DNA of 64,000 nt. Source: Planctomycetota bacterium. GTDB lineage: Bacteria > Planctomycetota > GCA-002687715 > CAIWVZ01. Location: NCBI GenBank assembly GCA_044222185.1, contig JBGANV010000003.1, positions 320,001 to 384,000 of the forward strand, given 5' to 3'. Positions 1 through 9,716 of the stretch are shown piece by piece; the stretch's first letter is position 1; the number at the start of each line of letters is the position of its first letter. Under the pieces are notes generated by a model. It had not been told where the DNA came from, did not search any database, and worked only from the letters and a program-made list of their open reading frames with translations. The position numbers and the translations under genes are program-made.

Positions 1-1
1 A

Positions 2-1936
2 TTCGCGCCGGCGCCCGAGGTTCCAGCGGCACCCGAGGGACTCTCTTCCCCCTCTCCGATTGCGGCCGAGGAATCCGAGCACCATGACGTGCGCGAGGAG
101 GTCCCCCAGCCAACCGAACCCGCGACGACGGACGCGCCACAAGCGGACACCGAACAGCCGGCGGCCGCGCCGTCGGAGGTGCACCCGGACGCGACTTCTG
201 GCGAGGTCACCGCCGGCCCGCCGACGCAAACGGCGCAGCCCGAACGCAAGGAGCGCCGCCACAAGGAACACCGCCCGCCGCCGCAGACCGAGGACGAACT
301 CGTCGTCCGCCTCCGCATGATGCAGCGCACGAGCCGCATCGACCGCGCCGCCCTCGACAAGCTCGCCGAGATGGTCGGCCAGCGCTACGGGCTCCCCGAA
401 GTCACGTGCCAGATCGCACCGCCGTTGATCCGCGAGCGCGATCAGGTCGCCTTCGTCCGAGGCGTGCTGAATTGGCCACACGCGGGCGACCGTGTGCTCG
501 TCGATCTCGCTGACGGCCCGCGCGCCTTCGCGGCTCTCGGCGTGGCCATCGCCCACGCGTTCCCGTGCCTCCGCCCGGAAGTGCAGGTCGAAGACGTCAT
601 CGTCGAGCGCGGACATGGGCTGCCGGTGAGCACGCGACACCTCGTCGCCATGCTGCACTCGCACGAACTCTGGCAGGAGCTGCGCGAGGGCGTCGCTCCG
701 CTCGAACTCACCGAGCAGATGCGACGTGAGCCCCGGCTCCACGCCATCGCCGAGCCCTATCACCGCTTCGTTCGCGCGCTCGACTTCGGCAACCCCGCCG
801 AGACGGCGCGCTGGGCACGCGTGCTCGACGAGCGCCGGGAGCACCTCCGCAAGTTCGGCGGAGACGGGACGCAGCACCCCTACGTCGGCGCGTTGTCGGC
901 GGCCATCTCTCCGTTCGGTCCAGACGAGCCGTGGAGCCATCGCCAGCTCGCGATGGCGTCCAACGCCGTGAAGCGCGGAAACCTCCACCTGGGTGCGCTC
1001 CACGTGCGTGAAGCACTCGTTTCCGGCCTGATCGAAGCCTACGGGCAGAACCCGACGAAGGGCTGGGTCGCGGCGACGCCCGAGGGCGGAGCGCACGACC
1101 GCGTCCGGATGCGGGACGTCATGGCGTGGGTCCTCGGCACCGAGAACGCGGGTGAGTTGGTGCCCGATCTCGCGAAGCTGTGGGAGTGGGTCGAGAACCC
1201 CCGGATGCGGTTCCTGATGTCGTCGCCGGTCACGCTGGATCCGAACCTGCTTCGTGAAGGCGCAACGGCCATCGAACAGATCCCCCGCGTCGCCGGATCG
1301 ATCCTCACCGAGGGCCGCTTCAAGGCCATCGTGGACGCGTTGCCGCTGGAGCGTGCCGTCCAGATCGCCCTCGAGCACGACGCCGTCCGCGCTCAGGCCC
1401 CCCGCGGGCGTCGCGGCTCGCAGTCGGAGGCGCGCGGCGAGCCGAGCGACGGCGGAGCCGACGGCGCGAGCCATGCCGGCCCGCAACAGCCGCGCCCCAC
1501 GCGGAATCGCCCGCCGAGGGACGCTGGCGATCGGCCGCCCCGCCAGGACACGCGCGGACCGCGTGAGGTTTCCGTGCGGCCGCCGGCCGGCCCCGGGCCG
1601 CGTGACGACCACGAACAACGCCACTCGAGCGTGCCTGTCGGCGGTGTGATCAAGGTGGAGCGCGCCCGCTCCGGCCTCGGAAACCTGGGGCTCGCGCTCA
1701 TGAACGCCGGACTCGCACCGGCCCAGAAGCCTGATCGGAACAAGGACCGGGGCAGCAGGAAGGACGATCGGGCCGCGGGGCCACCGTCCGACGCGGACGC
1801 GAAGTCGGCCGACGCGCACCCCTCGGAGCCATCGTCCGAATCGTCGCCACCGCCGCCGGAGCCTGCAGCCGAACCGCCTCCGCCGGCACCCTCGTTCGAT
1901 GTCGCCGGCCCCATCGGCACCGAGCCGGCGGTCTGA
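2..1936 (+). CDS. 5'-truncated protein: divergent CARF/TM1812 (Csx1-like, TIGR02221-like) core flanked by Pro/Glu- and Arg/Pro-rich disordered regions; HEPN motif apparently degenerate
   Basis: Frame is open from base 2 (FAPAPEVP...), so the start lies upstream. The core GDRVLVDLADGPRAFAALGVAIAHAFPCLRPEVQVEDV resembles the Csx1 GDxVxLDxTHGFR...V.V..I motif. RQLAMASNAVKRGNLHLGALHVREALVS resembles the Csx1 helical motif. The family call is by eye. Confidence 0.55.
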   Translation, partial: FAPAPEVPAAPEGLSSPSPIAAEESEHHDVREEVPQPTEPATTDAPQADTEQPAAAPSEVHPDATSGEVTAGPPTQTAQPERKERRHKEHRPPPQTEDELVVRLRMMQRTSRIDRAALDKLAEMVGQRYGLPEVTCQIAPPLIRERDQVAFVRGVLNWPHAGDRVLVDLADGPRAFAALGVAIAHAFPCLRPEVQVEDVIVERGHGLPVSTRHLVAMLHSHELWQELREGVAPLELTEQMRREPRLHAIAEPYHRFVRALDFGNPAETARWARVLDERREHLRKFGGDGTQHPYVGALSAAISPFGPDEPWSHRQLAMASNAVKRGNLHLGALHVREALVSGLIEAYGQNPTKGWVAATPEGGAHDRVRMRDVMAWVLGTENAGELVPDLAKLWEWVENPRMRFLMSSPVTLDPNLLREGATAIEQIPRVAGSILTEGRFKAIVDALPLERAVQIALEHDAVRAQAPRGRRGSQSEARGEPSDGGADGASHAGPQQPRPTRNRPPRDAGDRPPRQDTRGPREVSVRPPAGPGPRDDHEQRHSSVPVGGVIKVERARSGLGNLGLALMNAGLAPAQKPDRNKDRGSRKDDRAAGPPSDADAKSADAHPSEPSSESSPPPPEPAAEPPPPAPSFDVAGPIGTEPAV

Positions 1937-1948
1937 GCGGCGCCGACC

Positions 1949-4900
1949 GTGACGGAGACGCTCCGGCCGGAAGACTTCCCATTCCCATTCCGTGACGACC
2001 AGCGCGCGATCGCCGCGCGCTTCGTCGAGAACGGCCAGGCCGAGCTGAAGGCCACGGGGTCCATGGCCCTGTGGCGAGTGCGCATCAAGATCTTCAAGCG
2101 AACGCTGGAGGCGTGGGCCGAGCGCGACCAGAAGACCGGCAAGCTGCGCTTCGCGTGTGAATGCCCGCACATCGAGAACACCGGCGAGGGCTGCGCTCAC
2201 CTCTTCACGCTTTGCCTCCTGATCGAGCAGCAGCTCTCGCTGTCGGCCGCGGGCGACGAGCCGACGGATCCCATCGCGCTCTGGTGGCTCCTCGAACGAG
2301 ATCGTTCCATGGGGCGTCGCAGCGCGTCGTTTCAGCCGGCCTTGCGCGGCGACGACGGAACCTTCGCGCCCGTTCGCATCACGTCGGAGGTTCTGTCGCG
2401 CGCATTCGGTGACGAAGACCGGCTCCTCAAGCTCTTCGCGCCTTCCGGTGGCGGCCGGCTCCCGCTCGATCGCGGTGGCGGATTCGCGAAGCCCGATGGC
2501 CCATTCCCTCTCGAGGACGACGCGCTCGCCGCCGCGATCGACCTGCTGCTCCGGTCGGGGCGTCTCTTCCTGCGTCGCGCTGACGGCACGACCAACGGAC
2601 CGATCACGGCGGAGTCTCCGTTGCCGTTCCAGCTCGTCATGTCCATCGAACGGCCCGCCGCCGACGAACCGCCTGAAGCCCACCCGCTGCGCGGCGTGCT
2701 CGTCCGCGGATCCGAGCGCGTGCGAACGCGCGACGCAGATCTCGTGGTCGTCGGCCGGCGACCATTCGTCGTTCACCAGGGGCGGTTCGGATGGCTCGAG
2801 ACCTTCGACGCGAGCGACTGGCTCGGCTATCTCCTGAAGAAGGACGGACCGCCGGTCCCGGTGAACGACGTCACCGCCTTCCTCGAGCGGATCGCGGCCG
2901 GCGGGGCGCTGCCGCGCCTGCAACTGCCGGGCGACCCGGAGCCCATCCCCGTCGAGACCGGCATCCCCGAGCCCGTTCTCGCGGTGACGAGAGATCGCCA
3001 GGACGTCGTGGCGACGCTCGCATTCCGCTACGCGGGCCAACTCCTGCGCACGATCGGAAGCCAGTCACTCATCCTCGACGCGCCGAACAAGCGCCAGCTC
3101 ACGAGGGACCTGAAGGCGGAGGAAGCGGCGTTCGCAGCCGTTCGCGACGCGGGAGCCGTCGAGGATCCGGACCAATACGGCCGCCTGCTGCCCCCGACGG
3201 ACAAGCTCGACGTCTTCGCGGCGACGCTCATCGGCAAGGGATTCACCGTTCTCGTCGACGGCAAGCCGCGACGAACGGCCACGTCGAAGACCGTGAACCT
3301 GAAGTCCGGCATGGATTGGTTCGAGGTCGGAGGGGCGGTGACGTTCGGAACGGAGGTCGTGCCGCTCACGGTCGTGTTCGACGCGCTCCGGCGCGGCAAG
3401 CGCTTCGTCGAGCTGAAGGACGGATCAGAGGGGATGCTGCCCGAACAGTGGGCGAATCGCTGGAGAATCCTCGACGATCTGGGAGAGCGCCGGCAAAACA
3501 CACTCCGATTCAATCGATCGCACGCTCTCTTCCTGGAAGCCGTCATCGGTGACGGCGATGACGGCGTGGAAGCAAGCCCTGAGGCGTTGGAGAAACTCCA
3601 CGGCACGCTGCGGTCGCTGACCGATCGACCCCGCACAGCCGCACCGAAGACGTTCACCGGCGAGCTCCGGACGTATCAGCAGGAGGGTGTGGACTGGATC
3701 GCCGCACTCGCCAAGGCCGGATTCGGGGGATGCCTCGCGGACGACATGGGACTCGGGAAGACCGTGCAGGTGATCGCGTGGCTGAGCCTGCGGGCTGCGC
3801 AGAAGCCCGGCGCGCCGACGCTGATCGTCGTCCCGCGGTCGCTCGTGTTCAACTGGCAACGCGAGTTCCAGCGGTTCGCGCCCAAGCTGCGAGTCCTCGA
3901 CTACTCGGGCATCGAACGCGCTGGCGACCGATCCACCTTCGATTCCGTCGACGTCGTGATCACGACGTATGGCATCCTCCGTCGAGACATCGACGTGCTG
4001 GAGAAGGTCCGCTTCGACTGGGCGATCCTCGACGAATCGCAGGCGATCAAGAACAGCGCCTCGCAGAATGCCAAGGCCGCATGCAGGCTCGTCGCGGCGA
4101 ACCGCCTGGCGATGACGGGCACGCCCATCGAGAACCGCGCCGAGGAACTCTGGTCCCAGTTCCGGTTCCTGAACCCCGGGCTCCTGGGCACGGAGGCGGA
4201 TTTCGGTCGCCTCGCCCGCTCGACGGAAACCCGCCCGGTCCTCGCGCGGATCGTGCGACCTCTGATCCTCCGCCGGACGAAGGAACAAGTCGCGACCGAG
4301 CTTCCGCCGCGGATCGAGCAGGTGATCTACTGCGAGCTCTCGCCCGAGCAGGCGACGCTCTATCGCACCATCGCGGATGCGGCACGATCGAACCTGGGCC
4401 CCAAACTGGCAGCCGACGCTGGCGGTGCCGTGAAGCTCCAGGTGTTGGAAGCCCTGCTCCGCCTCCGACAGGTCGCCTGCCATGCGGGCCTCGTCGACAA
4501 GGCGAACGAACAGGCGCCCTCCGGCAAGCTCGAGGTTCTCGTCGACGAGATCGAGGAGGTCGTATCGAGCGGCCACAAGGCCCTGATCTTCAGTCAGTTC
4601 GTGAGTCTCCTGACACACGTGCGGCGCTTCCTCGATGCGACGAAGGTGCCCTACGCCTACCTGGACGGCCAGACACGCGACCGCGAAGCGCAGGTGCAGC
4701 GCTTCCAGCAGGACCCCGAAACACAGCTCTTCCTCGTGAGCCTCATGGCCGGCGGTCACGGACTCAACATCACCGCTGCCGACTACGTCTTCATCCTGGA
4801 TCCGTGGTGGAATCCGGCCGTGGAAGCGCAGGCCATCGCGCGCGCGCACCGGATCGGGCGGAAGGAGACGGTCGTCGCCATTCGATTGGTCGCTCGCGGC

Positions 4901-5026
4901 ACGGTCGAAGAACGGATCCTCGAGCTTCAGGAGCGCAAGCGATCACTCGCCGACGCGCTGCTCGAACAGGGCGACGCAGCGTTCCGAGACCTCAGCGTCG
5001 AGGACCTCATGCTCCTGTTCGCGTAG
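1949..5026 (+). CDS. SNF2-family helicase/ATPase with N-terminal SWIM zinc finger
   Basis: SWIM CECPH...CAH; motif I LADDMGLGKT; motif II ILDESQAIKN; MTGTPIEN; motif VI QAIARAHRIG. Confidence 0.93.
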   Translation: MTETLRPEDFPFPFRDDQRAIAARFVENGQAELKATGSMALWRVRIKIFKRTLEAWAERDQKTGKLRFACECPHIENTGEGCAHLFTLCLLIEQQLSLSAAGDEPTDPIALWWLLERDRSMGRRSASFQPALRGDDGTFAPVRITSEVLSRAFGDEDRLLKLFAPSGGGRLPLDRGGGFAKPDGPFPLEDDALAAAIDLLLRSGRLFLRRADGTTNGPITAESPLPFQLVMSIERPAADEPPEAHPLRGVLVRGSERVRTRDADLVVVGRRPFVVHQGRFGWLETFDASDWLGYLLKKDGPPVPVNDVTAFLERIAAGGALPRLQLPGDPEPIPVETGIPEPVLAVTRDRQDVVATLAFRYAGQLLRTIGSQSLILDAPNKRQLTRDLKAEEAAFAAVRDAGAVEDPDQYGRLLPPTDKLDVFAATLIGKGFTVLVDGKPRRTATSKTVNLKSGMDWFEVGGAVTFGTEVVPLTVVFDALRRGKRFVELKDGSEGMLPEQWANRWRILDDLGERRQNTLRFNRSHALFLEAVIGDGDDGVEASPEALEKLHGTLRSLTDRPRTAAPKTFTGELRTYQQEGVDWIAALAKAGFGGCLADDMGLGKTVQVIAWLSLRAAQKPGAPTLIVVPRSLVFNWQREFQRFAPKLRVLDYSGIERAGDRSTFDSVDVVITTYGILRRDIDVLEKVRFDWAILDESQAIKNSASQNAKAACRLVAANRLAMTGTPIENRAEELWSQFRFLNPGLLGTEADFGRLARSTETRPVLARIVRPLILRRTKEQVATELPPRIEQVIYCELSPEQATLYRTIADAARSNLGPKLAADAGGAVKLQVLEALLRLRQVACHAGLVDKANEQAPSGKLEVLVDEIEEVVSSGHKALIFSQFVSLLTHVRRFLDATKVPYAYLDGQTRDREAQVQRFQQDPETQLFLVSLMAGGHGLNITAADYVFILDPWWNPAVEAQAIARAHRIGRKETVVAIRLVARGTVEERILELQERKRSLADALLEQGDAAFRDLSVEDLMLLFA

Positions 5027-5052
5027 TGCACGCCGGCGCCGACGCGGTCACG

Positions 5053-5415
5053 TCACTTCGCCGCCTGCTGAGCCACTCGCGTCTTCACGAGCTTGCGCAC
5101 GAGTGTCGCTGGGATCGGCTTCTCCGCAGAGAAACGGATCGCCCCCTTGGAGAGCCCGTACCCCTCGAGCTCCCCACCGTGGACCTCGATCGGCAGTGCT
5201 CCCGGGTAGAACGCACAATGGCTCTTTCCCGCTCCGAACGAGAGGAGGTACCGGCCGTTCAGCTTGAACGATGGGACGCCGTAGCTGATGCACTCCTCGG
5301 CCTTCGGGACGGCCGCGTGGATCGCCGCGCGCAGCTTCTGAAGTGCCGCACGCTTGACGGGGTCGAGCGTCGCGAGGAACGCGTCGATGTCCCTTGGTTT
5401 CTTCGCAGCCATCAT
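5053..5415 (-). CDS. DUF1801 (YdhG/YdeI-like) domain protein
   Basis: IDAFLA...LRAAIHAAVPKAEECISYGVPSF...KGAIRF pattern, 120 aa. Confidence 0.85.
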   Translation of the reverse strand: MMAAKKPRDIDAFLATLDPVKRAALQKLRAAIHAAVPKAEECISYGVPSFKLNGRYLLSFGAGKSHCAFYPGALPIEVHGGELEGYGLSKGAIRFSAEKPIPATLVRKLVKTRVAQQAAK

Positions 5416-5457
5416 CGTTCTCCGGTACGAGGGATTGGGCGGAACCGCGACGGGCGA

Positions 5458-6657
5458 TCACGCACGCAGGAACCGATCGATCACCAATGCCGCGAGCTGC
5501 GCGCGCTCGCGAAGCGACCTGAGCGACACCCACTCGCGGTCCGAGTGAATCTCGCCGCCCACGGCGCCGAGGCCGCACACCGCCGGGCAACCGGCATCGA
5601 ACGCGAGCACGGCGTCGCTGCTCCCTCCGCGCGACTCCTCGACGAGTTTGAGCCCCAGATCGTTGCCAGCGAGGATCACCGCTTCGGCCGCCGCGGCGAC
5701 GGCCTCCGTCCGCTCGAGCGCTGGCCGGATCAAGTGCTCCTTGCAAACGGTGCGGATGAGCGGTCGCCCCGTCGGTCCGCGTTGATGCGCGTCGGATGCG
5801 ATCTCGATGATGGCGTCGCCCAGGTCGTCCCCCGTCTGCTTGTCCGGGAATCGGTAGTCGACGGTCATCTCGGCCTCGGCGGCGAGGACGTTGGCGGCGC
5901 TCCCGCCGTGGAACGTACCCACGTTCACACTGACCCTCCGGTCGGGGTCGTGGAGCGCGGCGATCTCCACCGCCTTCTGAGCAAGTTCGAGGACCGCGCT
6001 GCCGGCGCGGGGCCCCTCCAGCCCGGCGTGCCCCCCGGGACCCGTCGCGCGAAGGACCATCCGGCCGACACCACGCCGTGCCGTGACGATGGTGCTCGCC
6101 CCCTCCTCACGCGCGAACCCGCATTCGAAAACGAGAGCGAGCTTCGCCTCCTCAGCCTCCAACCGGATGATCTCCGTGGAATCCGGCGAGCCCTTCTCCT
6201 CGTCCGCGTTGAGGACGACGGAGATGCAGGCGTCCTCGAGCCGCCCGGAGGCCTGCAGCGCCTCGAGTGCGGCCAGCAGGACCACGAGGCCTCCCTTCAT
6301 GTCGGCGACCCCGGGTCCGACGGCGCGGTCCGGATCGCCATCCGCGCGCAGGAACTTCTGGAATGCGCTGTCTTGGGGATAGACCGTGTCCAGGTGCCCG
6401 ATGAGAAGGAGTTTCCTGGACCCGCCGCCGGGCCGGCGGGCGATCAGGTGGCGGCCCCCAACGCCGGTGACCATCACCCCGACGCGGAACCCTGCGCCCT
6501 CCAAGGCGGCCTCGCACCAGGCGCCCACCTTGTCGACCCCCGCCTTGTTGTCGGTGAAGGAGTTCTGCTCCACGAGCGCCGCCAGCCGATCCATGAGCTG
6601 GGACTGGGGCGGAACACGCTCGATGATCGACTGTTCAGTAGGACTGACGGGCATCAT
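5458..6657 (-). CDS. M20 family metallopeptidase (glutamate carboxypeptidase-like)
   Basis: LIGHLDTV, GPGVADMKGG, DEEKGS, GGSSDA, IHSDRE metal-binding motifs; start trimmed to MMPVSP. Confidence 0.9.
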   Translation of the reverse strand: MMPVSPTEQSIIERVPPQSQLMDRLAALVEQNSFTDNKAGVDKVGAWCEAALEGAGFRVGVMVTGVGGRHLIARRPGGGSRKLLLIGHLDTVYPQDSAFQKFLRADGDPDRAVGPGVADMKGGLVVLLAALEALQASGRLEDACISVVLNADEEKGSPDSTEIIRLEAEEAKLALVFECGFAREEGASTIVTARRGVGRMVLRATGPGGHAGLEGPRAGSAVLELAQKAVEIAALHDPDRRVSVNVGTFHGGSAANVLAAEAEMTVDYRFPDKQTGDDLGDAIIEIASDAHQRGPTGRPLIRTVCKEHLIRPALERTEAVAAAAEAVILAGNDLGLKLVEESRGGSSDAVLAFDAGCPAVCGLGAVGGEIHSDREWVSLRSLRERAQLAALVIDRFLRA

Positions 6658-6822
6658 CCACTCCCCGACCGTGTGGTTTGGGGCGAGAATGTAGCACCCG
6701 CCGACGGAGCGTCCGTCCGTCGGACCCGTAACCGAACTCGGCACCCGGGAGACGAGCGCGCCGGCTCACCCGCGTCGCCAACCACGGATGGAAGTCGGAC
6801 CAGGCCGGCGCAGGAGCGAAAC

Positions 6823-8043
6823 ATGAGACTCTCAGTGGACGCGATGCTGTGCTCGGTGGTGATCCTGGGCCTGGGATTCGCGACGGCAAGCGCCAGCGCG
6901 CAAAGCGCGCCCGAACCGGCAAAGAAGTCTTCGCGCGCCATCGTCGTGATGCCGGAGGGTGTGTCCGAGGGAGTTCCCGTCGCACCGCTCCCCCCGAAAC
7001 CGCCGGCGCCACCCAAGGCACCGAAAGCCCCCAAGGCACCTGCGGCTCCGCAAGCACCGAAGGTCTCACAGGGTCTCACGTGGGACTTCGGCGGCAAGCA
7101 CGCCACGGTCGTCGTCGGAGGCGACGATATGCCGATACACGGCCTCAAGGTCCAGGTCGCCGGCTCGGACGACGAGGACGAGTGCGACGACTGTGAAGGC
7201 GACGACGATGGGGCCGCATGCGAGAGCTGCGACGCCGACGACGACGATTCGGACGAGGCCGACGAGGCTGGATTGTTCGAGGTCGTGATGTCGAAGACGG
7301 ACGGCGAGGACGGGTGCTGCTGCTGCTGCGGTGGTTGCGGGAAAGGCGGCAAGGCCAACCCGAAGATGATGATCATGCGCGGCAAGCACGACGGCGCGAA
7401 GGCCACGAAGAAGGCCGACGGCCACGAAGGCAAGCGCGTCATCAAGCGCACGATCAAGCTGGGCGGCGGCAAGACGGCGACCGTCACGATCGAGACCGAG
7501 GGTGACGGCAAGATCTCCATGGGCGGGATGCCCGGACGGCTCCGCGAGGTCATCGGCCACCCGCTGACGGATCACACGTTCAACATCGAGATCCCCAAGC
7601 TCGACCTGGGCGAGATGAAGATCGCCCGCACGGGCCCCACGGGCGAGTTCCACCTCGGCGGCGAGCTGGCCGAGCTCAAGGGACTGGGACCGATGATCCG
7701 CGCCCACGTCCAGGACGCGATGAAGGAAGCGCACAAGACGATCGAACCGAAGGTCCGGGGAATCCTGCGTGATTTCCACGCCGCACACGGGGGCGACGCT
7801 CCGCCGCCTGCCGCCGTCGAGCGACTCAGGGAGCCGCTGGTCGAACGCCTCCAGCTTCGGCGCGGGAACCCTGGCGAAAACGCGTCAGGTGCGCCGCCCG
7901 TCCCAGGCCGCGCGACCCCGCCGGCCATGGCCGACGGTCTGCGCAAGGACGTCGACGAACTCCGCAAGCAGATTCGAGAACTCGAGCGGATGGTCCGAGA
8001 GCTGAAGAGCCGGTTCAACCAGGATCGTCCGAGCAACCGCTGA
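6823..8043 (+). CDS. Exported hypothetical protein with Pro/Lys/Ala linker, acidic Cys-rich segment and C-terminal coiled coil
   Basis: AGGAG RBS before ATG 6823; signal peptide MRLSVDAMLCSVVILGLGFATASASAQ; occupies the 3' part of the long 3730..8043 ORF. Confidence 0.75.
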   Translation: MRLSVDAMLCSVVILGLGFATASASAQSAPEPAKKSSRAIVVMPEGVSEGVPVAPLPPKPPAPPKAPKAPKAPAAPQAPKVSQGLTWDFGGKHATVVVGGDDMPIHGLKVQVAGSDDEDECDDCEGDDDGAACESCDADDDDSDEADEAGLFEVVMSKTDGEDGCCCCCGGCGKGGKANPKMMIMRGKHDGAKATKKADGHEGKRVIKRTIKLGGGKTATVTIETEGDGKISMGGMPGRLREVIGHPLTDHTFNIEIPKLDLGEMKIARTGPTGEFHLGGELAELKGLGPMIRAHVQDAMKEAHKTIEPKVRGILRDFHAAHGGDAPPPAAVERLREPLVERLQLRRGNPGENASGAPPVPGRATPPAMADGLRKDVDELRKQIRELERMVRELKSRFNQDRPSNR

Positions 8044-8086
8044 TCGGCGGACTCGGCGTGCCGGCCGGCCGGCATGCACTCGACCG

Positions 8087-8124
8087 GAGACGGCCGCTTC
8101 GCACGACGTGCGAGCGGCCGTTTC
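8087..8124. terminator. Strong hairpin between convergent genes, probable (bidirectional) terminator
   Basis: GAGACGGCCGC-T-TCGCACG-A-CGTGCGA-GCGGCCGTTTC inverted repeat between stops at 8043 (+) and 8145 (-). Confidence 0.6.
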
Positions 8125-8144
8125 GCTAGGCGCCGAGGTCGCGT

Positions 8145-9716
8145 TCAAGCGCACGCAGCGGCTTCCGCCGCGGGAATCGGCAGCCGCACCGTGAACGTCG
8201 ACCCGCGCCCGGGGATCGACTCGACGGAGATCGTGCCGCCGCTGGCGTCCAGTTCCTTGCGGCACGTTCGCAGGCCGATGCCGATCCCTTCGAGCGGAGG
8301 CTTCGTCGTGAAGAACGGCTCGAACAGGTGTTCACGCACCTCGGCCGTCATGCCGCAGCCCGTGTCGACGACGTCGATCACGACCTGATCATCCTCCATC
8401 CGCGCCGCCACCGTGAGCTTGCGGATCTCCGCCGCCTTCATGGCCGCGATGGCGTTGTTCAGGAGGTTCAGCAGGACGAGTTGCAGCCGCTGCCGGTCGA
8501 TCTCGGGCGTCGGCAGTTCCTCCGGAACGACCATCTCGACCTCGATGTCCGCGGCACGAAGGTCGTACGTCTTCAACGAGAGCGTCTCCGCGATCACGCA
8601 CGAGACGGAGCTCGAACCACGCGGGCCAGCGGAGCGTCGCGCGAATCCCAACAGGTTCTGGATGATCACGCTGCAGCGCTGACCTTCGCGGAGGATGTCG
8701 TTGACCCAGCTCTTCTCCGGCTCGCGCTGAACGGCATCGCTGAGCGTCAGCACCTGCGCGAACCCGAGGAGTGCCGTGAGCGGGTTGTTCAGCTCGTGGG
8801 CGACTCCGGACACGAGCTCACCGACGGCGCGCTGCTTCTGTGTCTGGATGAGCTTGGCTTCGGCGCGGTCGCGCTCGAGGATCGAACGCCGCAGCTTCTT
8901 GTTCTTCGCGCGGATCGCCTGGTTCGAGCTGCGCAGGAGCACCATGTGGCTCGCGATCCCCGCGAGAAGCCCCACCGCCTGCAACGCCTCGGCGTCGAAC
9001 GGAGTGGCCGCGGCGATGCGACGCATGACGAAGACGAGCCCGATGGGATGGCCGTTCGCCACGAGCGGAACTTCAAGGACGGCGCCATAGCGGTCGCCGA
9101 GCGGGCCATGGCCACAGTGATCGACGATCGCCCCTTGCCCGGCGGCAAGCATGGGCAGGCCGCCGTCGTCGAGGAACCCGTTCCAGTTCTGGCACTGCGC
9201 GTCGAGCTGCGGGTCCTTGCGGTCCGCGCTTTCGGTGGCGGCGGCGATCATCAATCCGTCCGGACTGCGGAGGACGACGAGCGCAGCATCCGCGGCCGCG
9301 AGCGCCTCGGCCTCGGTGGCGAGGGCCATGTAGAGGTCTTCGAGAAGGTCCACGGATTCGAGCCGGCGACCCGCCTCGAGCACGGCGCTCAGTTCGCCCA
9401 CCTGGCGGATCAGGCGGATCCGCTCGGTCTGGTGCTCGATCGCAGCCGGCCGCGGGCCGCGGCCTTTGAGCGCGGCTCGCGTCGCCCACCACGCTAGCCC
9501 GATCATCACCGTCGCGATGCCGAGTCCCGTCACGAGGATCGCAGCGTCGTCGAGCCTGATCGCGACGACGACGGCGAGCGCGCCGACGGTGAAGGCCGTG
9601 AGCAATTGAATGGCGACGGGCGCGACGACTCGGGGCATACGCTTGGACGGAGGCGGCGAAAACGGCCCCGTCCTGCGCCGTGCACTCGATGGCGAAGGCT
9701 CAATGCTGGTCGGCAT
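8145..9716 (-). CDS. Membrane sensor histidine kinase (2 TM, GAF, HisKA, HATPase_c)
   Basis: H-box VAHELNNPL, N-box LLNLLNNA, G1 DTGCGM, F-box LFEPFFTTK, G2 GIGIGL; alternative start 9638. Confidence 0.92.
   Translation of the reverse strand: MPTSIEPSPSSARRRTGPFSPPPSKRMPRVVAPVAIQLLTAFTVGALAVVVAIRLDDAAILVTGLGIATVMIGLAWWATRAALKGRGPRPAAIEHQTERIRLIRQVGELSAVLEAGRRLESVDLLEDLYMALATEAEALAAADAALVVLRSPDGLMIAAATESADRKDPQLDAQCQNWNGFLDDGGLPMLAAGQGAIVDHCGHGPLGDRYGAVLEVPLVANGHPIGLVFVMRRIAAATPFDAEALQAVGLLAGIASHMVLLRSSNQAIRAKNKKLRRSILERDRAEAKLIQTQKQRAVGELVSGVAHELNNPLTALLGFAQVLTLSDAVQREPEKSWVNDILREGQRCSVIIQNLLGFARRSAGPRGSSSVSCVIAETLSLKTYDLRAADIEVEMVVPEELPTPEIDRQRLQLVLLNLLNNAIAAMKAAEIRKLTVAARMEDDQVVIDVVDTGCGMTAEVREHLFEPFFTTKPPLEGIGIGLRTCRKELDASGGTISVESIPGRGSTFTVRLPIPAAEAAACA

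Noticed and set aside
3730-6822. 1437-aa ORF 3730..8043
   Set aside because: Its first ~1030 codons overlap SNF2 out of frame and lie antisense to DUF1801 and M20. This is a high-GC shadow; only 6823..8043 has an RBS and signal peptide.
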